Shown in pieces: positions 25,981 through 39,999 of a stretch of DNA of 58,160 bases (its first letter is position 1; each line of letters begins with the position of its first letter). The DNA is from Catajapyx aquilonaris (Eukaryota): assembly GCA_000934665.2 (NCBI GenBank), contig KZ537996.1:248001-306160 (forward strand), in the 5' to 3' direction. The position numbers and the translations under genes were made by a program. A model generated the notes under the pieces. That model was not told the origin of the DNA. It worked only from the letters and a program-made list of their open reading frames with translations, and did no database searches.

Positions 25981-26624
25981 ATATCATTAATTGTTTACCT
26001 TCTATAGCACATAAATTTTTCCTTGGAATCTATTCGAATTTGCCAAACAGCGTACATGAAAGTGTTAATTACTGGACTGTAAACATAAAAATTAATGTCC
26101 TTTTTGGCGCTCTCGAGCGATAAGGTTTTGAAGTCATGTACCTTTTTTTTCGCTTGACTTCTCTGATGGTTCCGTTGATCAAGAACGCTTGCCTGCACCA
26201 AATTGGCCGTTCCCGTTGAGTGAACGCATCAAAAGCCACGTAGCGCGTGTTTGTCACCTTTCCTAATCCCACACGTGATCTGAATCAAGTCAATTAAGCT
26301 TCATTTTGGTCCATTAGTGTTTGACCAAATGCAGGGGCGGGTTGGGGGAAAAGGGGTTGCAAGTTTGCCGTTCGACTAAACGCCCATTGGCAAATTGGTC
26401 AACGAGAGAATTGCCACTGAACGAATTTTAAACACAGGTGGAATCACCGCTTGATGATGTGCAGGGCGTATCGTTCAAGCCCAGATATTGCTATCGGTCA
26501 GTTACTCCAACTACGTACTCTTCCGAAAGAAGGGAGTGTCTGCAATATTCTGTTGCCCATTGTGTGTCACTAATAATAACAAAATTATATTATATTGATA
26601 GAATCATCTTCCATCCAGCTGATT

Positions 26625-26945
26625 GGTTTTTTAAAGTTGTACCCCGTTATCTGGCCGATAGGCCATTTCTAGGGGGGTGGGTTACCACCATTTTTGGGTT
26701 TGGAGCGATACATATACGTATTTTTAATTGCTCCAAGGGTAATTAGGAGGGGATGTGCAAAGTGCAAGTGCAATGTCGTTATATGGTCATTTTGTGAACT
26801 CCCCCGGGTGGGTTAGTCTAGCGGAAATTCCCACCCGAAATGAAGCCAGAGATGGCCCAACTCTGCACGAAAGAAGGTGGGGATTGAACCCGGGACCTTA
26901 ACTTCCGTGAGCGCACACGTTACCGCGGCGCCACTCCGTCTCCCC
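26625..26945 (-). mobile_element. tRNA-headed SINE related to family C in its 3' half
   Basis: Minus-strand head ggagtggcgccgcggtaacg...ggttcaatcccc. Shares acattgcacttgcac and the 3' cassette with 40000-40343. 11 bp TSD tccagctgatt at 26614-26624 and 26946-26956. Confidence 0.85.
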
Positions 26946-29229
26946 TCCAGCTGATTAGTTACTATGGTACAGAAGTATATAAATCAGACCAATCAGCGTA
27001 TTAAAGGACAATCACAAACAAGTGTACGTGATAATAATCACACATTTAGCTGATGCATACATTGTGAACTGTTTAACATAAGTCTTCTAGATTGTTCACT
27101 ATTCCCTCTATAAATTATATGTGACATAAGTTGATGGCTGAAAAAACATAATGATGGCATCAACACGTCAATCAGCAAGTATGATTACATTACCTCATTA
27201 TAATGTCACGGTAAAAAGACATTTCCTGCTGAACAAATATTCAGCATCATTGTTTTATAAGCACGATTATTTATCTTCCTGTGTAATATAATTACGTTAT
27301 GATCGTGAGAATTTTCCTCTTATGAAATATTAAAGAAGCTACTTTGTACATTTCCGGATATTTTTTGCTGCATCAATTTTAATTTCATGCCCTTGTTTCA
27401 TTTGACTCAGCCCAGCAGCAAAAGATTTATGTAACAATTCATGGAATTTCTTATGAGCAAATTATTTGTTAGCATGCATAAGGTGAAAAACCCATACTGA
27501 AACAGTCATAATATAGCACACATTTGTAAAATGCTATAAATCATATGTGACAACCACAGACACACGAGCCGGAAATGGGCTTTATTTTATAGTAATGTTG
27601 GAGACACCAAAGTTTTATATACATTAAATGTTACGTAATGATAAACCTTGACTAAATCATTAATCCTGTATGCCACAAATATTGTTCTGGATTTACCTCG
27701 TTTATGCAACCGGTCTTTCCCATACTACTGTGTATAGTGTATTTGAACGTCGCATTTTCTATTATATACAGTTGCAAAAAGCCTGACGATAACACTGACA
27801 TTAGCCGTCCTGAATTACACACATAACGGAAGCCATGTGCAAGGGGGGAAGAAAATGTCTCAAAAAACGACTATATTACAGCAGTATAAGTTAGGTTACA
27901 AGCGAAAAAAAAAAACCGGAAAGTTGCAGAAGTTGAGGGCTAGGCAAACGAGTCGTCAATCTCGAAGCGCCTGGCTTTCACTGTACTTGAAAGCCATCAG
28001 TGCGGCCGCAACGGCTTCCAGTCTCGATTCTTTATTATTTACGCCAGCCATTTTCATTCAAAATTAGACAATAAGTCGGTGGAGAGCCTGTAGATATATA
28101 CGACTGGAAAGTTGAAAGTCGACAGTGGGCATGCCGGTCCTGCCTCGTTTTCTTCCATCATTCCGGCATGTCCAATACATTTTACGGCTTTTAAGTTCGA
28201 ACAAGGAGATTGAGGGGTCAAGGAGGTAAAATATAGGATTTTGACATGACCTTGTCCACATGTCTTCTGTGTGTTATAGGAACTCATATTGTGCGTGACA
28301 AGGCTATATTAATTTAGAGAAATTCAATGTGTATTGATAGGTGCTTAACTTGAAAAATTGTTGTATTGTCCAAAGTAATCTATACACGATACACGTCTGT
28401 TGAAAGGCAAGGTGTTTAATAAACCATTTATGTTGACGTGTAGGAAGACAACTGTCAACAACTTGTATCCTACTAATAATTATGAATGGTTTAGAATAAA
28501 AATATGAAGACGTCAAAAATGTGCTTTAGCTATAAAGAAGGATTAAAACTTACCCGCACACGTGAGAAACACTATACGTTTCTCTTCCGCATGCAATCAT
28601 GAAAATCTGCTGTACGACTAAGTTATATGATGTTACTGGGAAAAGCATATCTCGTTGTAGAAGTTACATAAGTTATCGCACGTTAAGTGCTCAGGTGACT
28701 ATTTTATTCTATTGTACTGTCAATAGGTTAATAAATAATTAAGTTATATGCTGCCTTCTTATTCCGCCGAGTGTGACTGCTGATGGCCTTGGTTGTGCTT
28801 GCAAGATAATCAGTGATGAGACACTTGTCATTCATTATGTAACAATGTGTTTGTTACATGATGGTATTATTATATAGGTATATACTCTTATAAGTAAATA
28901 TCACTCCTTATGTACCAGTAACCAATGACACAAATATATTAATAAGCATTCCAACCAACAGATACGAATATTTTTAAATCCCTATTTGAATTAACAGCGT
29001 ATTTAGGGCAAGGATCACTGGAAATAACTTTCTGTGGAAATGTATGTAACATGTTGGAAGTTTGGCGAGAACTTAGTTATATGCAAAGGTCACGGTTCCC
29101 ATGTTTTGTCACAATTTCATTCTTTATTAGACCAGGTATATGCCGTAATCAGCATAAGTTATTTATAAATTCCCACAAAATTGTTCGTAAAGATATTGAG
29201 TTTAGTAAATCCATTATAATATATGGGCA

Positions 29230-29358
29230 GGGAGCACCGACCTCAGTAAAACAAATCTGGACAGTTTGCGCTTCTTACTAATTTATTGTTAACAAATCTA
29301 AACAATTACTAACAAGCTCTTTCGGTCAGGGATTGGTTTTACTGAGTTCGGTGCTCCC
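29230..29358. mobile_element. short MITE
   Basis: gggagcaccgacctcagtaaaacaaatc / gattggttttactgagttcggtgctccc. Confidence 0.75.
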
Positions 29359-29592
29359 CGGGCGCAAAATTGAAAAACTATAACAAAATATATCTCACAT
29401 AATTATAACTTAATTTCCAGTAATCAATTCACACTACCATTCTATCCATATATTAAACAAAATACCTTGGCATATTATTATAAATATAAAAACCTATAAG
29501 GCTCAGGTGCGTGATCAATATAGTAAATCCACACCAAGTGATTGATCCTTGTTTTTTCGTTGAAGGTACAGTAACAATATTCTAAATAATTA

Positions 29593-29790
29593 GGTGGTCT
29601 AGTGGTTAACACCACGGACTTCCCCCTTGCTGGAAGTCCTGAGTTCAATCCCTGTGGGTCAGGCGCACATTATTATGCGAAAGAGTTTAGAAGGTTTCTC
29701 TCCGTGTTCGCGTGGCTTTTCTCGGTGTCCTCCAACAATCAAAATGCATAGTACCACAGTTTAAAATTCAGGCGGGTCAAAAGATGATTT
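29593..29790 (+). mobile_element. degenerate V-domain-like SINE
   Basis: ggtggtctagtggtt A-box and gagttcaatcc B-box; ttctctccgtgttcgcgt is shared with the 25720 copy. Confidence 0.75.
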
Positions 29791-29828
29791 AATAAAAGGT
29801 GATAACTCTTATCCCCATATAACCATTC

Positions 29829-29856
29829 TTGTTGTTGTTGTTGTTGTTGTTGTTGT
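29829..29856. repeat. (GTT)n microsatellite
   Basis: About 9 units. Confidence 0.95.
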
Positions 29857-30038
29857 ACTATACATGTAAACAATTTATGACAAGGATTGACCATGTGTTC
29901 GGGGTGTACTATTGATTACACACCCAAACCCCATGTGATCTGTATACTCAGAGCCACTTTTTCGCAAGAAAACTGCAGATATATTAGCAATATTAATAAC
30001 AAACTTCTAAAGCTATATAGATTGTGAAGTGGCTTTGT

Positions 30039-30117
30039 AACTAAAATTGCCCATGTGTAGACCCCTATACATGATCTGTTCGATCATGTAGGGGTCTACA
30101 CATGGGCAATTTTAGTT
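30039..30117. repeat. near-perfect 79 bp hairpin
   Basis: aactaaaattgcccatgtgtagacccctatacatgatc-tgttc-gatcatgtaggggtctacacatgggcaattttagtt, with one 2-nt bulge. Confidence 0.9.
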
Positions 30118-30835
30118 TTAGTCATAACTTTTGTTCATGCAACCGGCTCTATATAGTCTGAGAGCCCCAAACGAACTTGCCAAGCAATGATTACCAGCAC
30201 ACACAACCATATTTCACCTTTATAATAAACGATATACTTTTAATGTAAGGCACTGATCCCTGCATTCTACATTCCCTTCTGTTGCGTCCCTTGGCAACGA
30301 ATCTGTTGGCAACCTTTTTTGGCGTTAGTATTATGTAGAAGACAAATAAGATTTGTTGACAAATCTTTTCTTTTGTAGGGTAACAATCGCTTTCAAATAG
30401 CAAGGTCACATATTCGATAATGACGGGATCTATTCTTGAATGAGCATGTCCCACGGACCACTATCTATCAATTAAAAGAGCATATAATAGATTACATAAA
30501 TAAGATAAAGAAATAAGATACAAGACAAAGAAGGCCACTTGCAAGGACACTATAACACACTCACAGTCAGTCACATTCTTCATATAATATGTTTATCAAA
30601 TGCTGATTACACATTTCAAAAAAAGCACCCCCGCTCCCACAGTAAACAACCTCCTGTAAACACCTTATTATTCAAAATAGTTCAGTCACCATAATTTCCC
30701 CCTTGTTGACTGCTGGTGAGAAGAACACAATGCTGGATGGGAACTCCATGACAATGTTCCCTCAATAAGGTCCTGAATGTCCATGAAACTTCATAGCCAT
30801 TATTTATAATATACAGCCAACGCAACAGTTGCGAT

Positions 30836-30899
30836 CGATGGTTTGAAATGATAGTTTAGCATTAGTTACTATATCCTAAAATATCATTTCAAACCATCG
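30836..30899. repeat. 64 bp hairpin
   Basis: cgatggtttgaaatgatagtttag ... ctaaaatatcatttcaaaccatcg; 23 of 24 positions pair. Confidence 0.85.
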
Positions 30900-33800
30900 C
30901 TTTTACGGGATACAACCTATAGTATGTTATTAATTGAAAACGTGTATAGCTCCCATTGTCTCTTCAGGGCACCAGCGCGATGTCTGATATTTCTGGCCAC
31001 GCCTTTGCGCTATAATTTGAGAGGAACTGTTCCGTCTTGGAGCCGGAACAGTTAGTGAACATTCCAGGTCTTATCTCGCCGTTGGGGAGCCCTTAGCTTA
31101 AATTTATAAAAAAAGGTCATATGACGAGACCAACGAATTTCTTCTCGGTGTAGAGATAAGGTCGGGTATGCTCACATAATATTCCGTCTTCAAACCCGGA
31201 CCCGAAATGGTAGAAGACGTAAACATTTTTCCTCCTCTTTTCCCATATTGAGACGTCCACGGATATTTCCACCGAAAAAGATCTGAGCTGTCTTTTGCCT
31301 CACCCAATCTATCCATTTCTAATCGTCATTCCCATCTTGGACATCAACCTTACTAGAAATATTCCCAAATTTAGCCCCCTTGGAAATGCAAGTGTCACTC
31401 TTTCACTATAGGGACACGTGCTCTGCATAAAATTGATCCGGTGAGCACACTGATGGGTTGTGAGTCCTGGAATAAAAGGAATCAGATCCTGGGATGTGTA
31501 GAGTATAGCATCAGTATAGTGTGGAGGTGTGTGGAGATTTGGCGGGCATGCAAGAGGCAATCGATGGCGCATTGGCTTTCACAAAGGCCTGCAAGCCCGG
31601 ATTGAGGCCGTTTCCGGAGAAACCCTCCCCAACTCCCGGCACCTCGACCTGGCAGACTTCAGCCTTTTTAGACTTGCACCGACCCATCCAGACTCTTTTT
31701 CTCCTGGTGCTTGTCTTCCCTCGCCGCCTACATTTTCTTCTTCAGACGAATTGCTATGGCCTACTCCGGCCGCATTTAATCTCCTCGGATGGAGCACATA
31801 AAGCTTTATTCTTAAGTCTCCAGCTCTCTTACTTTCCCCCAACGACAATAAAATGCGTAAGGCAACCAATAAATCCTGCAGGATATAGGCAGTTGATTTT
31901 GATGAGGATTGTTTTAGGAATGAAAACCCGGATTCTGTTATGTTGGTTGTCTTTCCAAAGGCGCTCGTGAGGCCTGGAATGAGTTGCAAAGTGCTTGGGG
32001 GAGAACTGCGGACATCTCAAGGTGTCAACGTCTTTTCCAGCTTGAAACATCTCCAGAAGGTCACATCACATTCTATGGCACAGTTACACCCTCAACTGGC
32101 AGACTGTATAAACAAATGGGGAACTTATACAGTATGCTTCACAAGCAGTCGTCTCCAATGCGTTGCAATAATATTGCAATACATGTCACATGGCAGTCGA
32201 ATCAGATACTGTATATTATTTTTTAGAAACTTTACGTATATAGCAACTTCTTAAAAATTCAAGAGTTACTCTAAATCATGACGACAATATGTTCCCATAA
32301 TTTTGAATTTCTCTCTCTGTCATGGTTATTCCAAATCACATTATTAATTATTCACCTAATTTGCTATAAATTAAAGTCCCTCAAATGGGATGCAGATATG
32401 AAAGTATAATATTATATGTATGTTTTCAACAAAATTTTCGGGAACATGCATTTGTACAACCCTCGGTGGCCGGTTCTACTGGGCCGCACCTCCTAGTGAT
32501 TTCACTGTCTTTTCCGATGTGATCTTTGACGACCTACCACAGGTTTTTCCTGAGAGCCAATGAGTTATTCGACATTGGGTTGCACGTTAGGTTAACTTCA
32601 AGACCGCCCGGTGGTGCTGATGGGGCATAAGGGAACGAAAGTCCAAGAAAGGAATGACTGAGAAAAAGCATAAATATATCAAAATTATTATCCGAACAAT
32701 ATATGTACGTTGTCATATCTGAATTCCAACTGAGGTATTTCATGATTGTAAAAAATTTACAATGTAGTATTAGCCTCTATCTCATCCATTATTATAGGTA
32801 CTGCATTGTACAGATAGGTGTTCCAGGTTCCAGCAAAACGGTCGTAAAATGAAAAGTATTAAAACGAGGTCTCTCTGTATGAATAGGCCTATCTATAGAT
32901 TCTGCCACAATACGAGGTGTTGCTGTAAAGCAATGTGATAATGTTTCGATTATTTTCCTATATTTTTAAAACTGTTTAATTTGTTAATTTTTATGATAAT
33001 CTGAAAAAGATCGTTAATGTAAATCGCCGTAAAATGGAGGGTGGTAATACAGGGCCTACCTGTAATTGAGCTAACTCATTTACAGTAACTAAACCACATC
33101 ATCTTGAACCGTGCTGTTGAACAGACACAAACTGTATTAGGAGTAATGTGGGGGTATAGAATCTGATATAATCTTGGGCATCAAGTAGCCTACATTCCCT
33201 GCACTGATGAACAGAATGTGTATTCGTACACTCCCTATTGCATAATTTTACACATTTAGTATAACATTACACAGACCAACATTTACAGACCAAATGTGTA
33301 TAGTAAACATACACCAAGTTTTCAATGCAGGTGCCCATAATAAGAATGTTACACAATCGCAGTACCTATATGGTTGAAATCCTACGGCTTATATACCAAA
33401 AGTCGCATCTGACAAGAAATTTCCGACTCAAAATGGGATTAGGCAGAAACTAGTCCCCTCATTCGAAGGGCCTGCAAATGGCGTCAAACACAGTGGGATT
33501 TCCCTACAACTGTATCACACCTCGCAATCCCCTCTCCCTTCTCCTCCTCAAGTCCTCTTGCGGTTTCATTTATATAAACTTCCTCCTTGAGACCTGTTTA
33601 TTGTCGAGACGTGTCTCTGAATCTTGTGACAGCTCTACAAGAATCGTTTCTGGTCGTTGTAGCCTGCACTCGTAAACTCGGATCATCAGGTCTATCATTG
33701 GCTGAGAAAGTGCACTTGGGAAGGCGCTTTCGATGAGAGTCCATGCTTTCTTATCTGGCTGCCGAGGCCGTTACTCCAAAGCTAAAGCGGCCATGGGCAG

Positions 33801-34549
33801 GTGAGGGCATCGACACTTTCCCGGAGACTCTAACCACCTCCGATGGATGCGACCACATTCACTCCCCCTATCCATCCCCTTCCTTGCCCGTCATCCACCC
33901 ACACCCTACCTCAAATCCAGCTCTTATTTCCGACCAATGTCATTCCCAGCAGATCGACCGACTTGGCTTAACGGCACTTTTGTCTACAAATTGTCCGAGG
34001 GTTCTCCGGTCCGATTTGATTGCCGTACGGACAAGGTGTCTCGGAATTGCGTGTGGTAGAGGGGGGAAGCTAAGTCGTTTTAAGGAGCTTCTAGTGTGCA
34101 ATGAGGGTTGGGTGTCCGGTGCTGCTGGACGATTGTTGCGGGAAGGCAAGATGAGGTGAGGGGGTTTGCGGTGGCTAGGCGAGGTTGCTTGCCCAATGGG
34201 CCCGGCTCTAATCGGCCTTTCCCTTGGCCAGAAACGATCCCCAAAGATCATTGCGTTTGCTGCTAATGCCGGCCAGCAAGGTTCTACCTTTTCTGCATTT
34301 AGATTATTATAGTTTGCATTGAAAAAATATCCTGCAACTGATCCATGATGTGGCCATATCAAAATTTGAAAGATACTAGGACGGTGTTATGCAATAATAT
34401 GTCAATCCACAAACATTTCAACATTGAGTTAAAGCCCATGAACATATACCCAAAGAATATATTGTAATTCATTTAGTTAAAATCAATCTGGTCAAATCTG
34501 CATACTTCTGCCATAAATGACCGAAAATGACACTTAATTAATTTCATCA

Positions 34550-34880
34550 GGGAGGTGTGGTGGACGAGATGGTAACGTATCGACTTGCTGTGTGAAAGGT
34601 CCCAGGTTCGATCCCCGCCTGGGAGTTCCCTTTCACCTGCGTCGGGAGGGTATCTGACCCGCACCTTGGAGGTGTCTGGCAGAGCACATGACCCGCAATT
34701 GAGACAATGCACCTGCACCCATGTTCCCTCCCCAAAAATTCCTATCTCTTCCTAATTTCCTTGATTCCTTGCACCGGAGATTGAAGCAGACAAACCAAAT
34801 AGAAAACTGATGGTGGTGTGCCACCCCCCTATAGAACCCGTAAGGGTCATCACGGGGTAAACAAAACAAAACAAAATAAA
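34550..34880 (+). mobile_element. tRNA-headed SINE, family C, copy 1
   Basis: A-box tggacgagatgg, B-box ggttcgatccc, (CAAAA)n tail, partial TSD aatttcat at 34540-34547 and 34881-34888. Collinear with 40000-40343. Confidence 0.88.
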
Positions 34881-35810
34881 AATTTCATTGCCCTTTTTGT
34901 CAAAACTGTGCTTGTGTGGGTTGACTCATTATTGCATAACATTGTCCAGTTATAGCTTAATAAGTCACACACATGTAACAGTAGTTGTCATAAACCACAA
35001 AGTACATCCACAAATATCATTGCGCTAGACCTGTCTAAAATCAGCACTGTTCCGCCATTTGTCCCATGAAATTGAAAAATAAACGCTCCTGCTCAGATTC
35101 GATTTTGCAAACTGACAAGGGCCATAAATTCGCAAATAATGTCCGAAAGAGAGCTTCTCACACGCTCATTATTATTGACGCACTTCTCTGGCCGCTTAAG
35201 CTACACTAAAACTTGGTTTACGATCCGACTTGACCGGTTCGGTTTTACAAAATGCACCTTGATGGCGCTGGAAACCTGCAGCAAATTTGGAGAATGTTGG
35301 GAATAATAGCTAATAAATGAGGCTCACGAACAGTTCTCGTCAAAAGTGCTCGGCTTTTGCTATCTTTATGATCTCCGTCATCCCTTCTTATTTCCCCCCC
35401 ACCTGAAAAAGTTAGGCCCCGTCCAATTCCCCTCCTTCCCCCTCCTTCTTTCCCTTTTCCAGCCAGGAAAGAAGTGGTCTTTTTTATAGCGCGAAAAGCA
35501 TTGCACACTTGGCACGATTGGCCCTTTCGGAATCCTTCCTTGGAAGCCATTTCCGCCACGAAACTGTAGATGATACGTCCGGGCCTCCAACTTGATAATT
35601 GGGAACTCCCTCTAACTCCCCCTATCAGCCAACTCGGGCTCCAACTTGGCTACTTTCAATATTTTGCCCCCATTTAATTCATTGAAATGGAGTTGGAAAG
35701 ACAAACGGAAAAGGGAGAAAAAGGATTCAATCTCTACTCAATGGAATTCGCACCGAACTTTCTGATCAAAATATCTTTCTAGGGTGTCAGGCTCGATTTT
35801 TGTGAGTGTA

Positions 35811-36449
35811 CAGTGTTGGACATTAATAGCGTCATACTGCTAGCGACATTTTTCGATGCGGCAGACGTGTACATCGAAGTGATAGCGCGAGCCGTGCGAA
35901 TCAGAATAGGTAGGCCTTGGGTGACGTCACATGCTGGGGACAAGCAAATATATCTGCTATATATACCGCTAGATACATAACTCCCTATCCCTTTCCATAC
36001 AAGCAAAGTGAAGCCAAATTACGCCCAAAGTCAAGATGACGTCATCGTTACTTTGGGCGGGGCAGCAGAAGCGGCCGTATAGGGGCGGCCCCTGTGCAGA
36101 TGGGCCGGACAGCAGTGGGACGTTACCAGGGGCGCGGGGCATCCCTTGAAGATGCCCAACTACGTACAGGCCACCACGTCAGATCGATCCAAGTCGCCCA
36201 AAGCCGCCATCTTTGCTTTGGGCGACAGGCACAAACTCCATGCAAAAACTGGCTTCACTTTTTCTTGGAAGTTATGCATCTAGCAGTATGCAGATATCTT
36301 TGGGGACAAGCCATTGCGTCGCAGCCGGTGACGTCACACAAGGCCTACCTCTTCTGATTCGCACGGTTCCCACTCTATCACTTCGATTAGCACGTCTGCC
36401 GCATCGAAAAATGTCTCTAGCAGTACGACTCGATTAATGTCCAACACTG
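35811..36449. mobile_element. non-autonomous TIR element with long TIRs and TA flanks (Tc1/mariner-like)
   Basis: ta-cagtgttggacattaat ... attaatgtccaacactg-ta. Inverted similarity continues more than 200 bp inward (ttttcgatgcggcagacgtg, aggtaggccttg, aagtgaagcca). Confidence 0.88.
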
Positions 36450-39400
36450 TACAAGATGGATATTCTGGTGTAACATAGCACGTTGATACCCCAAGGCTAA
36501 TTCATTCTGAGACCTGACACCTCCCCAAGAAGCCAGCAGACACCTGACAGCAGCAAGCGTTGCTGGACCCCGTCCGTTTTATTTAGAGAACCTTGGGCAC
36601 AGTTAACCCCTTGCACCCTCTTGCCCTACCCTATCCGACCCACCTGCATAACAATACCCAAACCTATTTATTTCCGCTGCCAACTTGTATCCTGTCACTG
36701 TGTAGCCATCAGTTTAATCAGAGGCGCTAGGCTTCCCAAGATAAGCCCCAGGGTGGAAGAAAGAAGAAAGAGTCGAGTCAGACGGATGAAAAAGAGAGGA
36801 TTCTTGGAGTAGGCTAGATAGATACACATGCTTAAGGCTAATGAAGGCAGGTGTGGGGGGCAGATGTGGGCATCCTTGAGGTTGTGGATATAAATCAGGT
36901 GAAGTTGGAGGCGGGTCTTATCGTGTCTTCAGCGCTTGTTCCTCCCTGGTTCTTATCAAGAAGATGTCCTCCTCTCTCATGCGGTTTCATTCCGCCATGG
37001 AGGTTACTGGCAACCCGGATAACTCACTCCGATTGCTTGAAGATGGAAAATATCACTTCCACCATCTCTCATCAAATCCCGGCTTCATCAAGAACTAGTC
37101 ACGACTGTATCATATTCATTAATTTGTACGTTGCTCTCCTCATTATCGGCGACCGTGTAAAGCCTATTGTGTGGGCAAACAGGAAGAGCATACAATAACT
37201 TGGTCTCACAACCGTTTATGTCTGTTCGGGCAGCGTATCGTCATTGTTGCGGAAGTGCTTGTGAGGATGGAAACATCCCCAAGTGGACCAGTCAAGTGGG
37301 GGCGATATCTTTGTTTTCTTGAGCTTTATAGAGGGGCGGAATGATGTGTGATCGGATCAAGTTTGTGTGCCAGATCTCCCTACACTGTCGAAATAATGAT
37401 GACTTCGGATGACCGATATTTAGTTGATAAGTTAATGTGCAGTATGATTCAACGAGGTACACTGCTTAGAAAAATTACGTTTCGTTAGTTGTTTTCAAGC
37501 AAGAAAATATTTGGCTACTTTAAGTAGTTTAAAATAACTGCTACTCTTCGCACAAAATACTGTATGGCGTCCCATGGTACTTTTTCAACTCATGTATATG
37601 GTTTTTCCAATAATTAAAAATTGATAACCAATGTACAGTACTGTATGTGCCAATGGCCGACTATATATAGAGACACACCCAAAATTTACATTCGGCGTGA
37701 AATATGTGCATATAACCAATAACAATCACTGCAAGGGATCGAGAGCAAGTTGTTTTGGCTGCAAAAATCGAAGCGGGCAACACCGGGCCTGAAAAGTGTT
37801 GTATAGTATAGTAGTTACTTTCAACTGCTACAAATAACTACAGGTACAAGTAACTGGAAGTCATATAAATAGGCACAATTTTTGTAGTCATTAAGGCCTT
37901 CATTTTGTACCATCTTGTATCTTGTATTTTAAAAATCTACAACAATTGCTAATTTAAGGAACTGCATTTCCCTAACTTAATGCAACTTTTAAGAATTATG
38001 TTACTCCGATAGAATAAACCATTGCCGGAGATTTTAATCACTTAAAATTTAATTGTACAATAATATTAAATTTCGAGGCCAAATTATTTCACTTACAGAC
38101 AACAAATATCTCGCAGATTTACAATACAGCTTCCCTCTTATAACACTTAAGATGAATAGATAATAGTTCAGCTCTGTGAGATAACTGCCAGCAGGCCTAC
38201 AAAATGGCTAGCCACTATTCACCTTTGTTTAGTTGCAACTGCTCTCAAGTCATCCTGTATTACGTAAAACGAAGGGCACGTGGTTATAACATTACATCGT
38301 ATGGTAACAGTTCGACCCCAGTACGTTACCCCGCGAGAACACAACAAAATATTGGAAGCTAGTTATTCATTTTTTCACTGTTAATAATGACCTGTGCGTC
38401 AACAACCTTGTCAGGCAACGGTTACCATACAGCAAGATACCTTATTCTTTTATGGTTGAGACCCTTGACAACGAATTTGTTGTCGCAAAATTGTTGTTAA
38501 CAATACCGGTACATATAACCACTGTCCGGATCAACTGGGAACAATAACCTATTTGTAAGGATTGATACCAACACAGTGACAGCCTGTGACTGAATTGAAA
38601 TAAGGGTTAAAATGAGTTGTACTTACATATGTTGCCTAAACTGAAGTCATCGTTGTTCATCTGGTGTGGTTCACAGCTGTTGATTTCCTATAGGTTTGGT
38701 TCGGACCACCTGGAACGCAACACAAAACGCGGGTAAGGCTGGATCTGCAGTTGAATGCAACACTTGTGGGCATACTTACTCCCAAGTAAGCCATGTCCGG
38801 TCGGTGGGATCACAACAAAAAAATAACGGTACACAACACTTGCTTTCAGCACAATGGGCAGCAAAGGCGCTCATTCACGCATCCACTTGAACAATTTACG
38901 AACTTGAAATGACTCGAGTCAGTGTGAAATTGCAACGCGAGTAACACGTACAGGCTATTCATCTTGGCCACACACTAATAAATGAACAGTGGAATATTGC
39001 AGGGCCACAAGGTCAAGCAGTAAAAGGCCGGTAGGGGCATTCAACTGTAAAATTCTGAGCCGCATTTGCCAATATATTCGCTACATGAATCTTATTAAGT
39101 TATGCACTCTCTCATAAAAATGTGCCTCGTAAATTTTACGACATTGGCATGCATCTATACAGCTCATGTTTCAGAACCAGGCCGTATACTAGTGCACTGG
39201 GTACTCACATCATAATAAAAGCTTAGAAACTGGTATGTGCTGTGCTACGGAAAACAAAACATATCACGTGTGCTATTGCACTGAAAAATTTAGTGCCCTC
39301 TTGATGCCAAGAATAATGTCCTAGTCCTCATTTTTGTAGTACGGTACCTGTTCGACCGGGGTAACGTTGTCAGTTATTCCAACTTGAGGCACACAATGGA

Positions 39401-39999
39401 GTATGCAGTCTGAAACCACAACAGGACATGCCAATGGTGACAAATACCTTGTTTCCACTATATAGGGCGGGTACGATAGTCTTCCAGATCTACTATAGTA
39501 TCACCCGTGATTCAGATCAGTCTACAAGCACTGTCTACATTTTTATCCGGGAAAGGTTACGAGATGAATGGAAAGAAAATTGTATCATCATACCATGAAC
39601 TTCACATCAAGATATCTAGGGGTTCACACTCACGCATTGTAACTATACTACTATTGTATACTATTGTATACAGTAGACTATCTACGAGTATTATCCGTTT
39701 CTCCTAATATGCGCAATAGCGCATGTTTGTAGTGTTCTTATGAAAATGTAAACCTTCCGTTGATAGTAATACATTAATGTGAATGTTATTAATTTATAAA
39801 ACATATGAAGACCTGATATGCAGAACGATCCGAGTCACATTTTCGCAGAAATTGAGTTAGTACTTAATTCAACCTTTTAAAGCTACATTACAATGGAAGT
39901 CAGTTTTCTGATTGGAAAATTACAGCTCCCGAGAGAAATTTGTGGAAAAAAATTCAATTCCCTGAAGGGATAAATCAGTCTTCAAACTACAAAGCCTCA

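Noticed and set aside
32232..32240. ttacgtata, a 9 nt match giving an iab-8-5p site on the minus strand
   Set aside because: It lies about 10 kb beyond the predicted poly(A) site, so it is unlikely to be in the mRNA.
32809..33064. Possible pogo-like MITE (tacagatagg...cctacctgta)
   Set aside because: The terminal match is only about 10 bp and imperfect.
31521..34362. Several 136-149 aa ORFs in GC-rich blocks
   Set aside because: They overlap on both strands, have no recognisable domains, and stop-codon depletion is explained by composition.
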